Of a stretch of DNA of 64,000 bases, positions 42,982 through 56,829 are shown piece after piece (within the stretch, counting starts at the first letter, position 1; every line of letters starts with the position of its first letter). Under the pieces are notes generated by a model. That model had not been told where the DNA came from, searched no databases, and saw nothing but the letters and a program-made list of their open reading frames with translations. Both the position numbers and the translations under genes were made by a program. Source of the stretch: Vicugna vicugna (taxonomy: Eukaryota); assembly GCA_013265495.1 (NCBI GenBank), contig MU063710.1, forward strand, positions 2,260,271-2,324,270, given 5' to 3'.

Positions 42982-43517
42982 TGTGACAGACACACCCTAA
43001 GGTACCTCCGATGAGTCACACCCTTGCATAGGGAGGTGGGAAGAGACTGTGACTTGCTTCTGGCTAAAAGAAAATAAAAAGGGGGGATGGGCTGTCACTC
43101 TCTTGATGATGTTATGTTACATAAGGCTCCATCTTACTGACAGAGGCAGACACATTCTCCTGCTGGCCTTGAAGAAGCAACATATATATATGGTTAATCG
43201 CCTATGAAGAGAGGTGACCTCTAAGAGCTGCTGAGGTGTCAATGTTATAGCTGTAAAGAAGTAGATTCCCCAACAATTTGAATAAGGTTGGAAGAGAATC
43301 CCAAACTGCCAGTAAGAATGCAGTTGGCCAAGACCCTGATTTCAGCCTGATAAGACTGAACAGAGAAATCAGCTTAGTTGTGTCAAATCTCCTAATCCAT
43401 GAAACTGTGAAATTATGTATATATATATATAAAATATATATATATATATATACACACACACTATCTTCAGCCACTAAATTTGTGGTAATGTGTTACAGAG
43501 CATAAAGAACTTATACA
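42982..43517 (+). mobile_element. MaLR solo LTR (MLT1E/F-like) with internal (TA)n
   Basis: TG...CA termini; tctcctgctggccttgaagaagcaa; gccactaaatttgtggtaatgtgttacag...aacttataca. Confidence 0.8.
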
Positions 43518-43673
43518 CGGGAAGTGACGAAAACTCATTCGATTGCTTCTTCTTTGCAGTTAAGAGAGAAAATCATCTATCGATGGTTGTGTTTGTGTGT
43601 GTGCACGTGTGTGTTTGTGTTTATCTGTGTACTGGGGATAGGAGGCAAAATATAAGACTCCAGGCAGGAAGTG

Positions 43674-43778
43674 GAGGGTAACAGCTCAGTGGTAGAGTGC
43701 ATGCTTAGCATGCACGAGGTCCTGGGTTCAATCTCCAGTACCTCCATTAAAAGTAAATGAATAAATTATAAAAAAAAT
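43674..43778 (+). mobile_element. tRNA-Ala-derived SINE (camelid vic-1 type), second copy
   Basis: cagctcagtggtagagtgcatgcttagcatgcacgaggtcctgggttcaatctccagtacctcca followed by ttaaaagtaaatgaataaa... tail; homologous to the copy at 8323. Confidence 0.85.
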
Positions 43779-44384
43779 TCTAGCTAGCATTATCAAAGAA
43801 GATGGATTATAAAGAAAGAATAGAGTGTAATCTCCAAGAGGGCAGGGATTTACATTCCGTGACAAAGGAGGTACCCAATATTGTTGAATAAAATACTTTT
43901 TTGTGGTTTAGCTGTATCACTGCTTGAAGCATCTATGTAACCCTGGCCAGTCTTTTGATGATCCAAAAGATACTTTTGTTAGGATGTATAAACAACTGAT
44001 TTTATAGGGAACATCAGATAGTAGGAAATACTTTTAGTCACTGTTTCTGGTGTAAAGTAACAAAGAGGAAAAAAAGCAGACGGATTTTAGCTTTCACCTA
44101 GGCAGTTATAAACACCACAGTTGAGTCACTGAAACACAACATTCCAAAGTGTGAATAATGAATATTTTCAAATTAAGTCAATCAGTTGGCACAAAACAGA
44201 AAATGGAAGAAATACTCTCGTAGGATTTAAATTTTATGGGTATCATGGTTCCTTGAATATCCTCTAATACATAAAAAACAAACAAACAAACAAAAAACAA
44301 AAACCAACAACCAGAAAACAAGCTTCTAATATGTGCAAAAATATTCCCTGACACTCTCCTTAGGTACGTAACCCAGCATGTCAC

Positions 44385-44660
44385 AGTGGAAAGAGGGCTG
44401 GATTTAATTTAGAAAATGGGTTCAATTATTTTTTCAATAAAACTGGGAAAAACAAACAAAAAACACCAAAAAACACAGTTAGAAAACTGGGCTACTATTT
44501 CTAGTTCTGCATTTTCATAGCTGTCTGAAGAGGCTCCAATTTCTTGACAGCTTCTGGCCTCTGTTTCATTATCAAAAGGGAAAAGCAAACATACTTGCAA
44601 AGCTATTTATTACGTGAATTAGAAATAACAAATGTAAAAATTCCAACATACTACCTAGTG
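44385..44660 (-). mobile_element. MIR SINE
   Basis: cagtggaaagagggctggattt...ttctggcctctgtttcattatc. Confidence 0.55.
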
Positions 44661-46804
44661 AAAAGTGAACTTTTGAAAGATTAATATATTATGTATAATA
44701 ATCACCATCATCATTTATTGAGTGCTTAATTTGTCATCTTTTAAATCTTGGAATTCTCAAGTAGGTCCTTCTTAAGTTTTTAACACCTGAACACAGACAT
44801 CATGATATCCAAGAAGCAGCATTTGGAAGGGATTATCTGCTTTGAACCTAGGCATCATAGCTAGAGAGCCCTGAGTACCCGGTGGGCATTGCTGCCTTAG
44901 TGCTGGCTGCTCACCTGACTTCCACAATCCCCTTCTTAGAAATCAGCCCCTTAGCCTAGAGCAGTGTCAGTCCTACTGCCCAGGCCACAGCTGGCTGGCC
45001 CAGAGATCACAGTCAGAGACAAAGGTGTCAGAGAGACATTCTATGACTTGAGATAATCAATCAATCACTTCCTCCCTGTTCCAGGGAAAGAGGTAAGGTC
45101 TGAAATACTGTAAGAGGTTAACTGTGAGAGGAACAAAGACATCCCAGAGTCACAGAGCAAAAGAACAGAGAGGTCTATGCATTTAACTCCTTCCTCCTCC
45201 CCTGTAATTACTTAAAGTCCTCCTTCCCACTCCTCTGCTGCCCCCAGCAGGTCTCTATTTCTTGCAATATGAGCAAGGCCAAGTGAATACAACTAGAAAG
45301 TATTACACTAAGTAATCTATTAAACATTTTCCATTTTGAAGAGGGGGTACAGTTCATTGGAGAAAGAAACTCCATTCCCAAAGAAAGCCAAAGACCATGA
45401 AAAAAGTTGGACTGCAATGCAAATTCATAATAAGCCAGCAGTTCAACTAACAGCACATTCTATGGGTAGAGTTTCATAAAGATAAGGCTTGAAAGCCACC
45501 TTTAAATTTTCATAGCAAAATGCCAAACACGCCACCTAAATCAAACTGAGTACCTCGATGGAAATCCTAAGACACACAACTCTCCTTTTGTTAGTAACAG
45601 GGAATGCCTGTCCGTTGCCTGATATTTCAATTACTTCCGTCACAGACAGTGACATGCCTAACCTTCCCTCTTTTACTTCCTCATTTCCCCAAATACATTC
45701 TATGAGAGGAATCCAGTTAGATGTTCCAGGGGAAATAAAAAATTTTATGACCAATTAACGTTGAGAAACATTGTTTACGCAAAGTTCAACAGTTTTCTTC
45801 ACTACAGAGCATTGGGGCCTTTAGAGTGCCAGTGAGGGCAGCCTTTCTCCAACCTCCCACAGCTCAGAGCACTGCTCCCCATAGAATACTCTGTGGGGGT
45901 GACCCTGTGCCGACTGCACTCACTATAGCAAAGGGTGCCTTACAGTAGCTGAAGTCCAGCACGTCAGAGCACCAGAGAATTACAGAGCCAGGCTCTCCTT
46001 TATTACTCCATCTCTTAATTGACACATCTTTAAAATTCCAGTTCAACGAACTATCCACCTGTCGTCAAAGGCCAGAATAAAAAAAATGGCCTTTGTGAAC
46101 CACGTCCTTGTCATTCTTACAAAACTGCCATTGAAACATTATTCAAATGCTGTCTGTACATGTAAACCAATTACTGTCTTAAAAAAAAAAATGAAGTCTG
46201 TGTGACTTCCCGTGTTTGTATTCAGTCCCAGAGGATAGACACCGTGAACTGCTTCATTGGGAAGCAGGAGTAACATGAAATAAAGTAAAACACTGAGACC
46301 TCATTTGACCTTCGTGTCCATCGTCCTGAGTCACCGACTGCTCGGGGTGTGCTGAGGGAAGGGAGAGAGGGGCCTCCTGCCAAATGGAAGAGCCCTTCAC
46401 CCTCACTCAAGCTCACTGTACTTCAAGCTGTGCACGCAACTTGATTCCAGGTGACTTTACCAATTTCAACTAAACTAGTCACCACAAAATGGGAAAGGGG
46501 CTTGAAAAGGTTCCTACCAAGAAATGAATTCAACATAAATAAGCAAATTTAAGCAAAGAGAAATAGAGCAGAGCGGACATGGGTTCTTCTGGTATAAGTT
46601 CATCATGAGCCACACAGAAAGAAGGACCAGGATGAGGAGGATGGCAGAGGCTGGAGGGAGGGGTGGCGGAGAGACACCATGGTTCTAGAGAATATCACCA
46701 ACTCAGGAAATGAACTGTGGTCTAAAGCTGACTTAGGGAAAACTTGGACAGAATAAAAAGGATGCTTGCTTCTCAAAGGAAATATGGGAGCAATAATTGG
46801 CTTG

Positions 46805-46940
46805 TTTTAGAGTTAGAACTAACCATATGTCCTTAGGCAAGTTACTGTAACCATATGAAACTCATTTACAAGGTCTGTAAAATGAAGTGATTAAAATACA
46901 AGATCTCTAATGTTTCTTCCAGACCCAATGTTCTATGACA
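46805..46940 (-). mobile_element. MIR SINE
   Basis: gtccttaggcaagttact...ctgtaaaatgaag...gatctctaatgtttcttccag. Confidence 0.6.
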
Positions 46941-47167
46941 TAGGGAAAGAGAAGTGGGAAAAAATGACAGTGATCTCTAAGATCAAGTCCAAAGAAGTGC
47001 CTGTTAGTGAAAACAGGGTAAAACAAAAGAAGGAAGTAGGTGCTGACAAGCTTAATGAGTGGCGTGGTTCCTCGAGCTAGTGGTCACCTGCTCTGAAGGC
47101 AGTCTGAATCCTTAAAGGTGGCTGTCTTAAACCATGTGAACCGACACTGATGAGATACAAAGGACAA

Positions 47168-47216
47168 GAGAGAGAGAGAGAGAGAGAGTGCGTGTGTGTG
47201 TGTATGTGTGTGTGTG
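47168..47216. repeat. Compound (GA)n(GT)n microsatellite
   Basis: Seen directly. Confidence 0.9.
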
Positions 47217-48129
47217 CAGAGTGCTACCACTGAAGAACTGAGTGAGTGAGAGACAAGGATGATGTCTAGGGGAAAAGCTTTCTGAAAATAAGATACGCCA
47301 CTTGAAGTGTGTACGTTGGGTGGGGGGGTGTTCACATTTCTGAGGACATTCCTGGCCTTTAGAAGGCAGAGTAGAAAGATTCAGAGGCTCAGCAATGGGC
47401 ACAGAGTCACACAAGCAGAAGCGCCCTGCACCCCACAGGCCTTACAAATGACTCAAAGGACATGTGTGCAAGGAAGGTACCCTCTATGATGGTCCACGGC
47501 TAGACTACAGCACCATTTTTTTTTTTTTGGCATGGGTTTTGATATCTATTGAGTTTCCTTTCTAGGAAAGCACCTAACATGTACCTAGAGAGAATCCTGC
47601 AACTTTCTGTGTTCAGGACTTTCATGAAAGTTGTTCATGGAAAATTGTATCACTGAAGTTAACTCCAAACTTCCACTGACAGCCTACTGAGTATCAGTCT
47701 CCAACTGCAGCCATGGCAATCACAGTCATTCTAAACGTAAGCATTATTCTGCTCCCCAGCACACCTTCCCAGATGCTCATGCCTGACCATTTACATATTG
47801 GAACATGTAATGATTTATTAGTGATAATAATTTCTGTCTATTCCTCCTGTACATTATAATTACAATATATAATTTATAGACTTAAAAATACATGTGTAGG
47901 AAAGTTATCTTTTCTATGATTTTTAAGACTGTAAGAGGGCTTTACAAAATATGCATTTTAAAACAGGGTCATTGCTTCTTAGAACTTTACATTGATGGTT
48001 TTAAACATTTTGTGTTCACAATGCCTTTTCCGTATTTGATGAAACCTATGGATGAAATTATGGATCAAAACTCCGTGGCAGGCTGCTCATCTCCCAGCAT
48101 CCATTCTGTCCTTACATCACTGCAAAGTT

Positions 48130-48471
48130 ATAAACACCTCCTCTGAGTCTGAGCAGCATTAGAGATGACATCTCCTGGACTCCTGCAGTTAGAAATAGCC
48201 AGGGGACTAAATTCTCAACAAGGGAACATGATCAAAGACAACATGTGTATCTTGTATGTCACTTCTGTAAGCTTGCCCTCCACAATCCTTGAGCTAGAAC
48301 ACGGATGTGCTGGCTTAGACCACTGGGAACAAGCCACTCTCCCGGGCAGAACTGGACAAACCCCATGGGCCAACTCTCTACTTGTGTGAGAGCGAAAATC
48401 TGCCATTCTGTTTACACTGCCCTTTTCTGGAACTCTCCGATACAGTAACATAGCCTCTACCTTGACTAACA
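48130..48471 (+). mobile_element. Old MaLR LTR (MLT1-type), subfamily uncertain
   Basis: 3' part gtgtgagagcgaaaatctgccattctgttt...gatacagtaacatagcctctaccttgactaacaca resembles an MLT1 terminus. Confidence 0.45.
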
Positions 48472-51164
48472 CAGCCTGGAAATAAATAAACAGACAAAAG
48501 CATGCAGGTGCACACCCACACAAACACATTCAAATGTAAAATAATGCACACAATTATAGGAATTTCTTAGACCCCTGAAGCATTTCTTGATGCTCTGAAC
48601 CAAAAAATCTGTAGTTGTTTGGGGAGCTCAGATGCCTCCTAGGAAAACTAGCTTAGAAAACACATCAGATGAGCATTTGTTGTGGAGAAGTCACAGGAAA
48701 ACTCATTTGTCACCTGGCATTGCAATCGACAGGTGAAAAAGGAAAGCATTCTGAAATATGAAAGTACATTCAATGACTGGCTCTTTGCCCAATAATCTAA
48801 AATTTTTCCACAAGCAAATAATCTTAACGTCAAGCTTGCTTAGGTGTGTCAGTGTAAATACCAGGAGCAACAATGATTTAAACTTTAAAACTAGTAATAC
48901 ACAACTCTTCTTGAAATGAAAGAAATCACTAACTTATCATCCACATTCTCTTTCTCTCATTAATAAAGGGTGAATTACTAAAGCGAACATCTTGCAATAA
49001 GCATATGAAATGGAAAACAAAGAGCCCAAACCATACCTTATGATTAACCACTATGAACAAATACACTTTAAGAAGGAAAATGAGAATTTCAGAAATATTA
49101 TAGCAACCGTAGAGGCAATGACAGTTCTCAAATTTTTCCAAAGCAACATGATCTAATTTCCCTTAAATTCTGTGTCTCATCTTAGCAAGCAAATAATAAT
49201 GCCTAAAGAATACTCTAATGTCCATAAACAAGAAACTGCAGGAGTATGTGAAACTAATTAACTTCATACAGTGTGAAAATGTAAGAAAACAAAGACTGCG
49301 TATTTTATGACTGTACCACTGTTTTTCCAGCAACTACAGGGATGGATAGAATTTTAATCTTTTTGACAGAGGTTCTGTATTGCTGAACAATATACAAGTG
49401 ACTAGACCAAAACTGTGAGACTATGGGAGCCTGGAGAGGAATTTTTAGGGAAGCAATACCATAAAAATGCAGTACAGCTTCTGCAAGGGATAACCACAGA
49501 CCCTCCCCATCCCGACCCAAACACAGAGTGATCTAATCACACCATATGCTCTCACCCACGGGACACATATGACCTACATGCAAACAATCAAGTCAACCAC
49601 CACATTTTATTCAAATGATAAAAAGGAGGAATGGCTTTTAAAATTTCAAGCTGTTTAAAAATCAGTTACCAGTGACACAATTCATTATCGTAATAACTGA
49701 AGAATGTTTCCATCTAATTAAATAATAACCACATAGTGACAAGTGAACAATCAGTCATTCGGGAGTTCAGATAGTCCATGATATGGCTCTTACCTCGTAA
49801 GCAGGAGCCAAATGCAGTTAGATAAATATTACGCACAATTAGGGCAGGGGAGCCAAGCTAAATTTTGACAGAAAATCATGTATATTTTGAAAGCCAGTTT
49901 GAGGCATATGGCATAAAATCGTATCAAAAAATTAAATGGAAAGAATATTCACCTAATTTGCATACAAGGACAAAAAAAAAAAGGAGCGAATGTGAATGCC
50001 ATTAGAAATTAGAAATTTAAAAAAAAATCAATTTCCCAAAAAGGAATAGAGAAATTATGGCAATAAAATAAATCCAAACATCAGTTTACAAAATTAGATG
50101 GAATTTAGTTAATTTAGGAATCAAGAAAAACCATGATATCTACATTGATTTTAAAATTGATTCTAAAATTAGATGACAAAAATGCTCTCGTGGGCTAAAA
50201 TATAGGAAACAAAATAGAAAATCTAAATGAAACAATAAATCTGGAAAAATGAAAAAAGAACATTTTAGAACAATATTAGAGAAAATAAGGCAATGATATG
50301 CATAAGACTTTTGTAAATACATTTATTTTACCATAAATTTTTATAAACATTTTATAAAATAAAGGCTTGATAATTTTTTTTCTAAAAACAATCAACCAAA
50401 CAAAACTTCCTAAATATTCAATTAAAAAATAGAATCAAAAGTATCACATGGTCAGGTAAATTGAAAACCTATACATTTCATTATATGTTTAAAGGCAATA
50501 ATTTGATGCATAAACCTCTCATGTTTCAATAAAAAAAAGAAAAAATGTTATTAAAATTTTCACCAATACATCTATAGCTATTTAAATGAAAATTCTAAAT
50601 TCGATATTTAAATCAAGGTATTCAACCAAAAATAAGATATTTAATCAAAAATTCAAGGAGAATTTATATTGGTTGGAATCAATACTATTTAAAAAGATAA
50701 CAGAGGTATATGTCCTTAATAAGATAAAGAGGGAGAGTCTACTTTTTGGGTCTTTGAATATATATTCAGAAGCTCACAGGCATCCCTCTACAAGTTAATT
50801 ATGAACAACTCTCTCGAGTCAAGACATTCCAATTGTGGACCCATGTGGACCCAATTTTTTAATCTGAAACTAATGCTAATTACATTTTCCTAGCGGATGT
50901 TACTGAGTTACCAATGAAACAAGGTATAACAAGAAGGGGACAAATAACACACTCTGCCCAGATCAAAAGCCATGACTCAGCTCTTAAGACACACCTGCCG
51001 ACCTCATGACACTGCAGCGAGGGGTAGTGGGTGGTGGGAGTGGAGGTGACCAGGGAGTGGCGGTGAGATGACAGAGCAAGAGAATTCTCATCACACGTGT
51101 GATCAAACAGACTGGCTATTACAGAGCCAAATTATGGAAAGAAAAGTAAGTGTTTTAAAAAATT

Positions 51165-51970
51165 TTTTACAACTTTTTATTGAAGTGTAACATACAGAGA
51201 AATTGAATAAATGACAAGCATATAGCTTGATCCATTTTCTCAAACTGAACACTTTCATGTTATCAGCACCCAGTTTAAGAAACAGAATAGTAATAGTGCT
51301 CAGAAGTGCTACCTTCCAGGTACTAATCCGCATGGATAATACAACATCGCAGATTAGCTACATTTGTTCTGACCTTTATGGAGATTGATGACACAGTACA
51401 TATACTTTTGTATCGGGCATGTATGCTCAGCATGCTTGTGAGATTCATCTATACTGTTTTAAGTAGAGATAGCTCATCCATTCTCATCGTGGTAAATTCA
51501 AACGCTGGAATGCTACACAGCCATTTATCCATTCTGCTGTTCATGGGTATCTCAGGAGTTCTCTAGGTTCTGAATCTTTCTAGCTCTTGAAACAATATGG
51601 CCAAAAACATTTTTGTTCATGTTTTTTGGTAAACATATATGATTCCACGGGGTATAAAAATGGGAATTTAAATGCTGGGTCAACTTTAAATGCTGGGTCA
51701 ACAATAAACACTGTCAGACTATTTTGTTAAATGCAGACGTACACTCTCATCAAAGCAAGAGTTCTATGCACTTCACTTCCTCACCAACATTTGCTATTGT
51801 CTATATACATGTATTTTTAATTTTCATGTTTGTTTGCTTATGATGCCATCTTCCTGGGTGTGTAGTGGTATTTCATCATGGTTTCATGTGTTTACTTCAT
51901 GACTAATGAAGCTGAGGATCTTTGTGTGTGTTTATTGGCCATTTTTATATCATATTTTTTAAGTGCTAGA
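51165..51970 (-). mobile_element. L1ME-type 3' end
   Basis: aactttttattgaagtgtaacatacagagaa...gtgagattcatc...tcctcaccaacatttgctattgtc. Confidence 0.75.
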
Positions 51971-51974
51971 TGAT

Positions 51975-54900
51975 GTTTTTCCCCTAAATCTATAAAAATT
52001 ATTAGCATTAACAGATATATTTAGCAAAATTGTTAGATCACAATCCATAGAAATAAATTTCATCGCTAGATGCCAGCACCAAATAGAAAATGAAATTTTA
52101 GAAAGATATAATAGCATGAGCAATACTTCAGAACAAATAAATCCAAATGAAAGATGTGTGAGGCAGACTCTCTATACCACTGTTTCTCCAGCTCTTAGCC
52201 TTGGGAGATTTGTCCCCCAAGGGACATTTAGCAGTATTTAGAGAATATTTTTAATTGTTAGGACCAGAGGTATGGGATCCTACTGACACCTGGTGGGTAG
52301 ACACCTATATGCTGTCAAACATCCTACAGTGTGCAGGACTGCCCTCCCCAAGCCAACCCCCTCCCCTCTCCCCCAAGAGAAGATGATCCAATCCAGCATA
52401 TCATTAGTGCTGAGGTTAACAAACCCTGCTGTACACTGAAGACTACAAAACATTTTAAAAATTAAAGAATATTTAAGTAAATGGGAGTGGGGTATACAAT
52501 GTTTTATAGATTGGAAGACTTTACCAAGGTAGATGTCAGTAAGGCATGAGGAGATTCTTTGGGGATGACAAATATGCCCATTATCTTAATTGTGGTAGTG
52601 GTTTCATGGATGAATATGTCAAAATTTATCAATTTGTACATATTCAATATGTGCAGTTTATGTCAATTATACTTCAATAGAACTGTTAACATTTTTTAAT
52701 TCTCAAAAAAATGCAATTTTCAAAAACTGAATTTAAGAGAGATTCTACATCTACAAAAAACTGAATCTGTAATTCAAAATTTCCCACAAAGAGATCTCCA
52801 AGCTTACATAACTTCATAAGGGAATTTTTCCTAACATTAAAAAAAAATCCTATACAAATTTTCCCATCAAATAGGGTATTTACTAAATAATTTTAAAAGG
52901 CCAGTAGTACTTTTATTAGCAAAACCTGACAAAGACATTACCAGAAAGGAATTATTACAAACCAAATTCCCCCTCAATCATAAATGTAAACATCCTAAGC
53001 ACAATATTAGCAAATTGCATTTTGTTTATTCCAGGAATACAAAGTTTGTTTAAAATCTGAAAAGCAATTTGTTATTTATTACAGTAATATAATAAAGGAA
53101 AAATCATCTTAAAAGACACAGAAAATATCATTTGTGATTAAAACTCAGAAAACTAGGAAAAGAATGAGACTTCCTTAATACAATGAAAAAATTTTCTATT
53201 AAAAAAAATCTGCATTAAGCTTCTTGCATAAAGGTAAAACCATGAAATCTTTATCCCTGAGACTGATGGCAGCTAACACCATTTCTATTCAACACTATAC
53301 TGAAGATATTATCCAGTAAAATGACAAAACAAAGAATTTTAAAAGAATAAATAAAACTGTAATTAGTATAGAAAATACAATTGTATATTCAGAGAATCCA
53401 AAAGAAACTATATACTTTAGAGCAGTAAGTGACAATATATTCACTAGGAAAAATCGACATACAAAAATTTACAGTGAAAAACCTGCAGATATGGAGGAAC
53501 AAATCTTTTGAAAGACGTACAGGATCTTTCCTAAGGAAACTATCAAACATTATTGAGAGAAGTTAGAAAAGGCCTAAATCAATGGAAAGACAAGCTATTA
53601 TTCACTGATTGGAAGATTCAATGTGCTAAAAGCTTCAATTCTTCTCTAAATTCATCTATATATTAGATGCATTCCCTAATCAAAATCCATGTACTTTTAT
53701 GAAAATTGGTACTACTATTTCAAAATTTCTATGAAAATACAAAGGGCCTCTGGTAGGCAAGGTAAAAAAAAAAAGTTGGTGGACAACCTCTATCAGATAT
53801 TAAGCTACCAAAAATCTAATTAAGATGATCTAGGGGAAAGAATAGACATAAAGACCAACATTAAAGAATAGTTCTAGAACAGAAGCAAACATATCTGGTC
53901 ACTTCTGTTTGACAAAGGTGGCATTACAGTGCAATGGGAGAAAAATGCCTTCTTAGTAAACAACCTTTGGCAAAATGGATATCATTTAAACAAATCAAAC
54001 AACCTGTATCTCATACCACACTCATATTCAGCCCCAGGTGATTTGTAGATCTGAATCTAAAGGTATCAAACATAAGGATGTTTCTCGTCATCACACAAAA
54101 GGCTTACCATAGTAATAAAAATCAAAAAATTGGGGTGCATTAAAATTAAGAGCTTCTTTTCATCAAACAACACCACTTAGAGAATCAAAGGACAAGCCAC
54201 AATGTGAGAGAAGAAACCAGCAAGAACTGTCACAAATCAAGGAGGAAAAGACAACTAAAGTGGATTCAAGGCTTTGAGCTGGTAATGCACCAAAGGGGAT
54301 ATCCAAATACCCAAACACAAAATATTGCTCAACCTCATCACACATCACAGAGACGCAAATTAAAACTACAATATAAAATTATAAGCATTGACAATTTCCA
54401 GTCCTGGTAAGGATGTGAAATAGCCTGAATGTCCACATACTCCTGGCAGAATAGGGGTAACCACTTTGGGAAGCTGTTAAGACTACTTTAAAAGGCTGAA
54501 TGTATGCGAAGTCTATGATCCAGCAGTTAGACCCATAGACACACACTCCAAGGATTTCTGTCCTTAGGCAAACCAAAAATCACAGATACAAAAGTGTTTA
54601 GAGTGGTACCACCCAAAATAGCCCAAACTGAAAACCCAAATGTCCAGGAGGAGAATCAATAAGGAAATCATGATGAAATCACTCAGTGGAATACCACACA
54701 GCAACGAGGATAAACTGACTACTGTCACACACCACAAAATGTATGAATATCACAAACACAATGTTTAGCTTAAAAAAATGGAGTACACACTGAAGGACTT
54801 CATTTACATAAAGTTCAGAAACAGATAAAATCAGCTGATGGTAACAAAGTCAGGATAGTGGGTTCCTCTGAATGTTTGCCTCAAAGCGGGCAATGCAGAG

Positions 54901-55035
54901 TTCTGAAATGCTTTTTCTAAAAATCTGTATGCCATTTTAAGGATGCGTTCCCTTTTCAAAAATTCATAAAACTACACAAATATCAGATGGACACTTATCT
55001 GTCTGCATGGTATGCTTCAATAAAACATTTACATA
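51975..55035 (+). mobile_element. Degenerate old L1 ORF2 and 3' end segments (L1MC/ME type)
   Basis: tacactgaagactacaaaaca, gcaaaacctgacaaagacattac, tttgacaaaggtggc, ending atgcttcaataaaacattt; no open frame. Confidence 0.75.
52178..52428 (+). mobile_element. MER20 nested in L1
   Basis: cactgtttctcc...gggtagacacc...gctgtcaaacatcctacagtgtgcaggac...aaaccctg; flanks ctctatac / ctgtacac (6/8). Confidence 0.8.
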
Positions 55036-56829
55036 AAAGTAAAGTAATTATGTTCTCCTTCCATTACTCCATTTTAAGAAACAGCTGATCTACAGAACAG
55101 CAAGATAAATATAGCAGCTGAGAAAAACCTAGCACTGACAAACCAGAAAAGGCCAAGGTAAATTCAGGGGCTGGCTTAAAATAAAGCAGGTTTAACATTT
55201 TCTGCAATTATCTGTAGGTTGGCATATGTTTAAAAACAGAGTGAAAACTTGATTTTGCTGCTGAATATGGTTTCTTTTATAGAAATTAAAGACTTATAGT
55301 GGTTCATTGACCACATTATTAAATTTAAATAAAATTGTCAAACACATTTGGTGTAAAGAAAGTTTTTTCAGTTAAAATAACTGCAGCATATTTTTTGAAA
55401 CCGATTTGTGTAAAGTTGGTGAGGTGGTATTTCGATACTTTTTCTGCCCCAATGAAATACTCTTAATTGATGCTAAAAACACAATAAATATTAGCTTTAT
55501 TATTACTATACAGTTATTTTGTCTTTTGCAACATTATGTATGCTTATGTATTTTAAGATATCCAGAGGGCAAAAATATTTATTATTTCTTAAGAATCAAA
55601 TGTATATTGATATATTGAACTATATCAATATAATAACTATCTTTAAGCTATTAAACATATCAAATAATATCTGAGCATCAATAAGAGCTTATTCAATCCC
55701 ATTTAACAGATTTCTTCTAGCTTCCTTCTTTTCCTTTCAATGGAATCTCTGAATAGATAAAACATCAGATGAATAAATGAGAACACAGAACACAAAAAGC
55801 AACATTCTGGAAACAATCCCAAGAGGAGATTAAAGAAAATGGGGAAACACCTGAAGCACTTCCTCACCCCTCCATGAATGCACCCATTCTTTCTTACACT
55901 CACCATTTATCTCTATGTCCAAGACATCAGATTTAAACAATCAAAACTGTAGCACTGAGACATCAATTACTGAAATCAAATCTGTAAAGATTTGATACAA
56001 AATTACCTTAGGCGAGAAAAATAAATGAAACATCTATTCTAAGATTGATTATCACCTCTGAACTCACACGTCAATGGCACACTTCTGGTTTTAGAACTTA
56101 TCACACTACTTTCAAAGGCTGTGCATCTGATTCGTCTAGCTGGTACAGTCCTTGAGTACAGCCATCTCCTCATTAATTTTATCCCTGTTGCTTACCAAAA
56201 ACAGGATGCTTAGAAACAGGCTCAGTATCTGTGAGTTGCAAAATGCAATTGTATTGTGACCATTGGAAATCTGATATAAATTAATTATCGCATTCTCCAG
56301 AGCAAATATAAACAAACTCCTCAAAATTATGGAAAAGAATGATAAATTGGGTACAATCAAAAGTCTCCTTGGATGAAAAAGTACTTTAAACAATCACTAC
56401 AGGAAATTAATATAGGTATTAAAAATGGAAACTGTCGAGCTGTCTGTGTTGTTTTTCAGATAATCTACACTTTAATACGACCCTCTCTTTACAAGCTTCT
56501 GTAATATAAAAGAGCTTAGCAAAACTGCAACTCTTCTCTTCGAAGATATAATGTGGGAAGGAAGAATATAAAGCAGTTTGGGGGGTACTTTTACTCACAG
56601 AAAATATGAGTAAAAAAACCTCATAAGATATTAATTTAAATTTCATCAAAAAATATTTATCAAGTACCTGCTACATTGTAGTACATATCAAAATATTGTG
56701 CACTATTAATATGCCCTTTTTTAGAAAAAGGATAGCTTATTTAATAAATGACAATTCAACTGAGAAAAACAATTTGAACCAATATTTATTACCTCCTATA
56801 AAAGTTACATTACAACCTAAAGGTAATGG

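Noticed and set aside
49900-50760. Very AT-rich block as a possible foreign insert or numt
   Set aside because: Contains faint L1 ORF2-like phrases and no mitochondrial or microbial gene signature; best read as an ancient L1 remnant.
51667-51702. 18 bp direct repeat (similar short duplications at 2807-2840 and 8747-8774)
   Set aside because: Adjacent two-copy duplications without spacers; not CRISPR-like and common in mammalian DNA.
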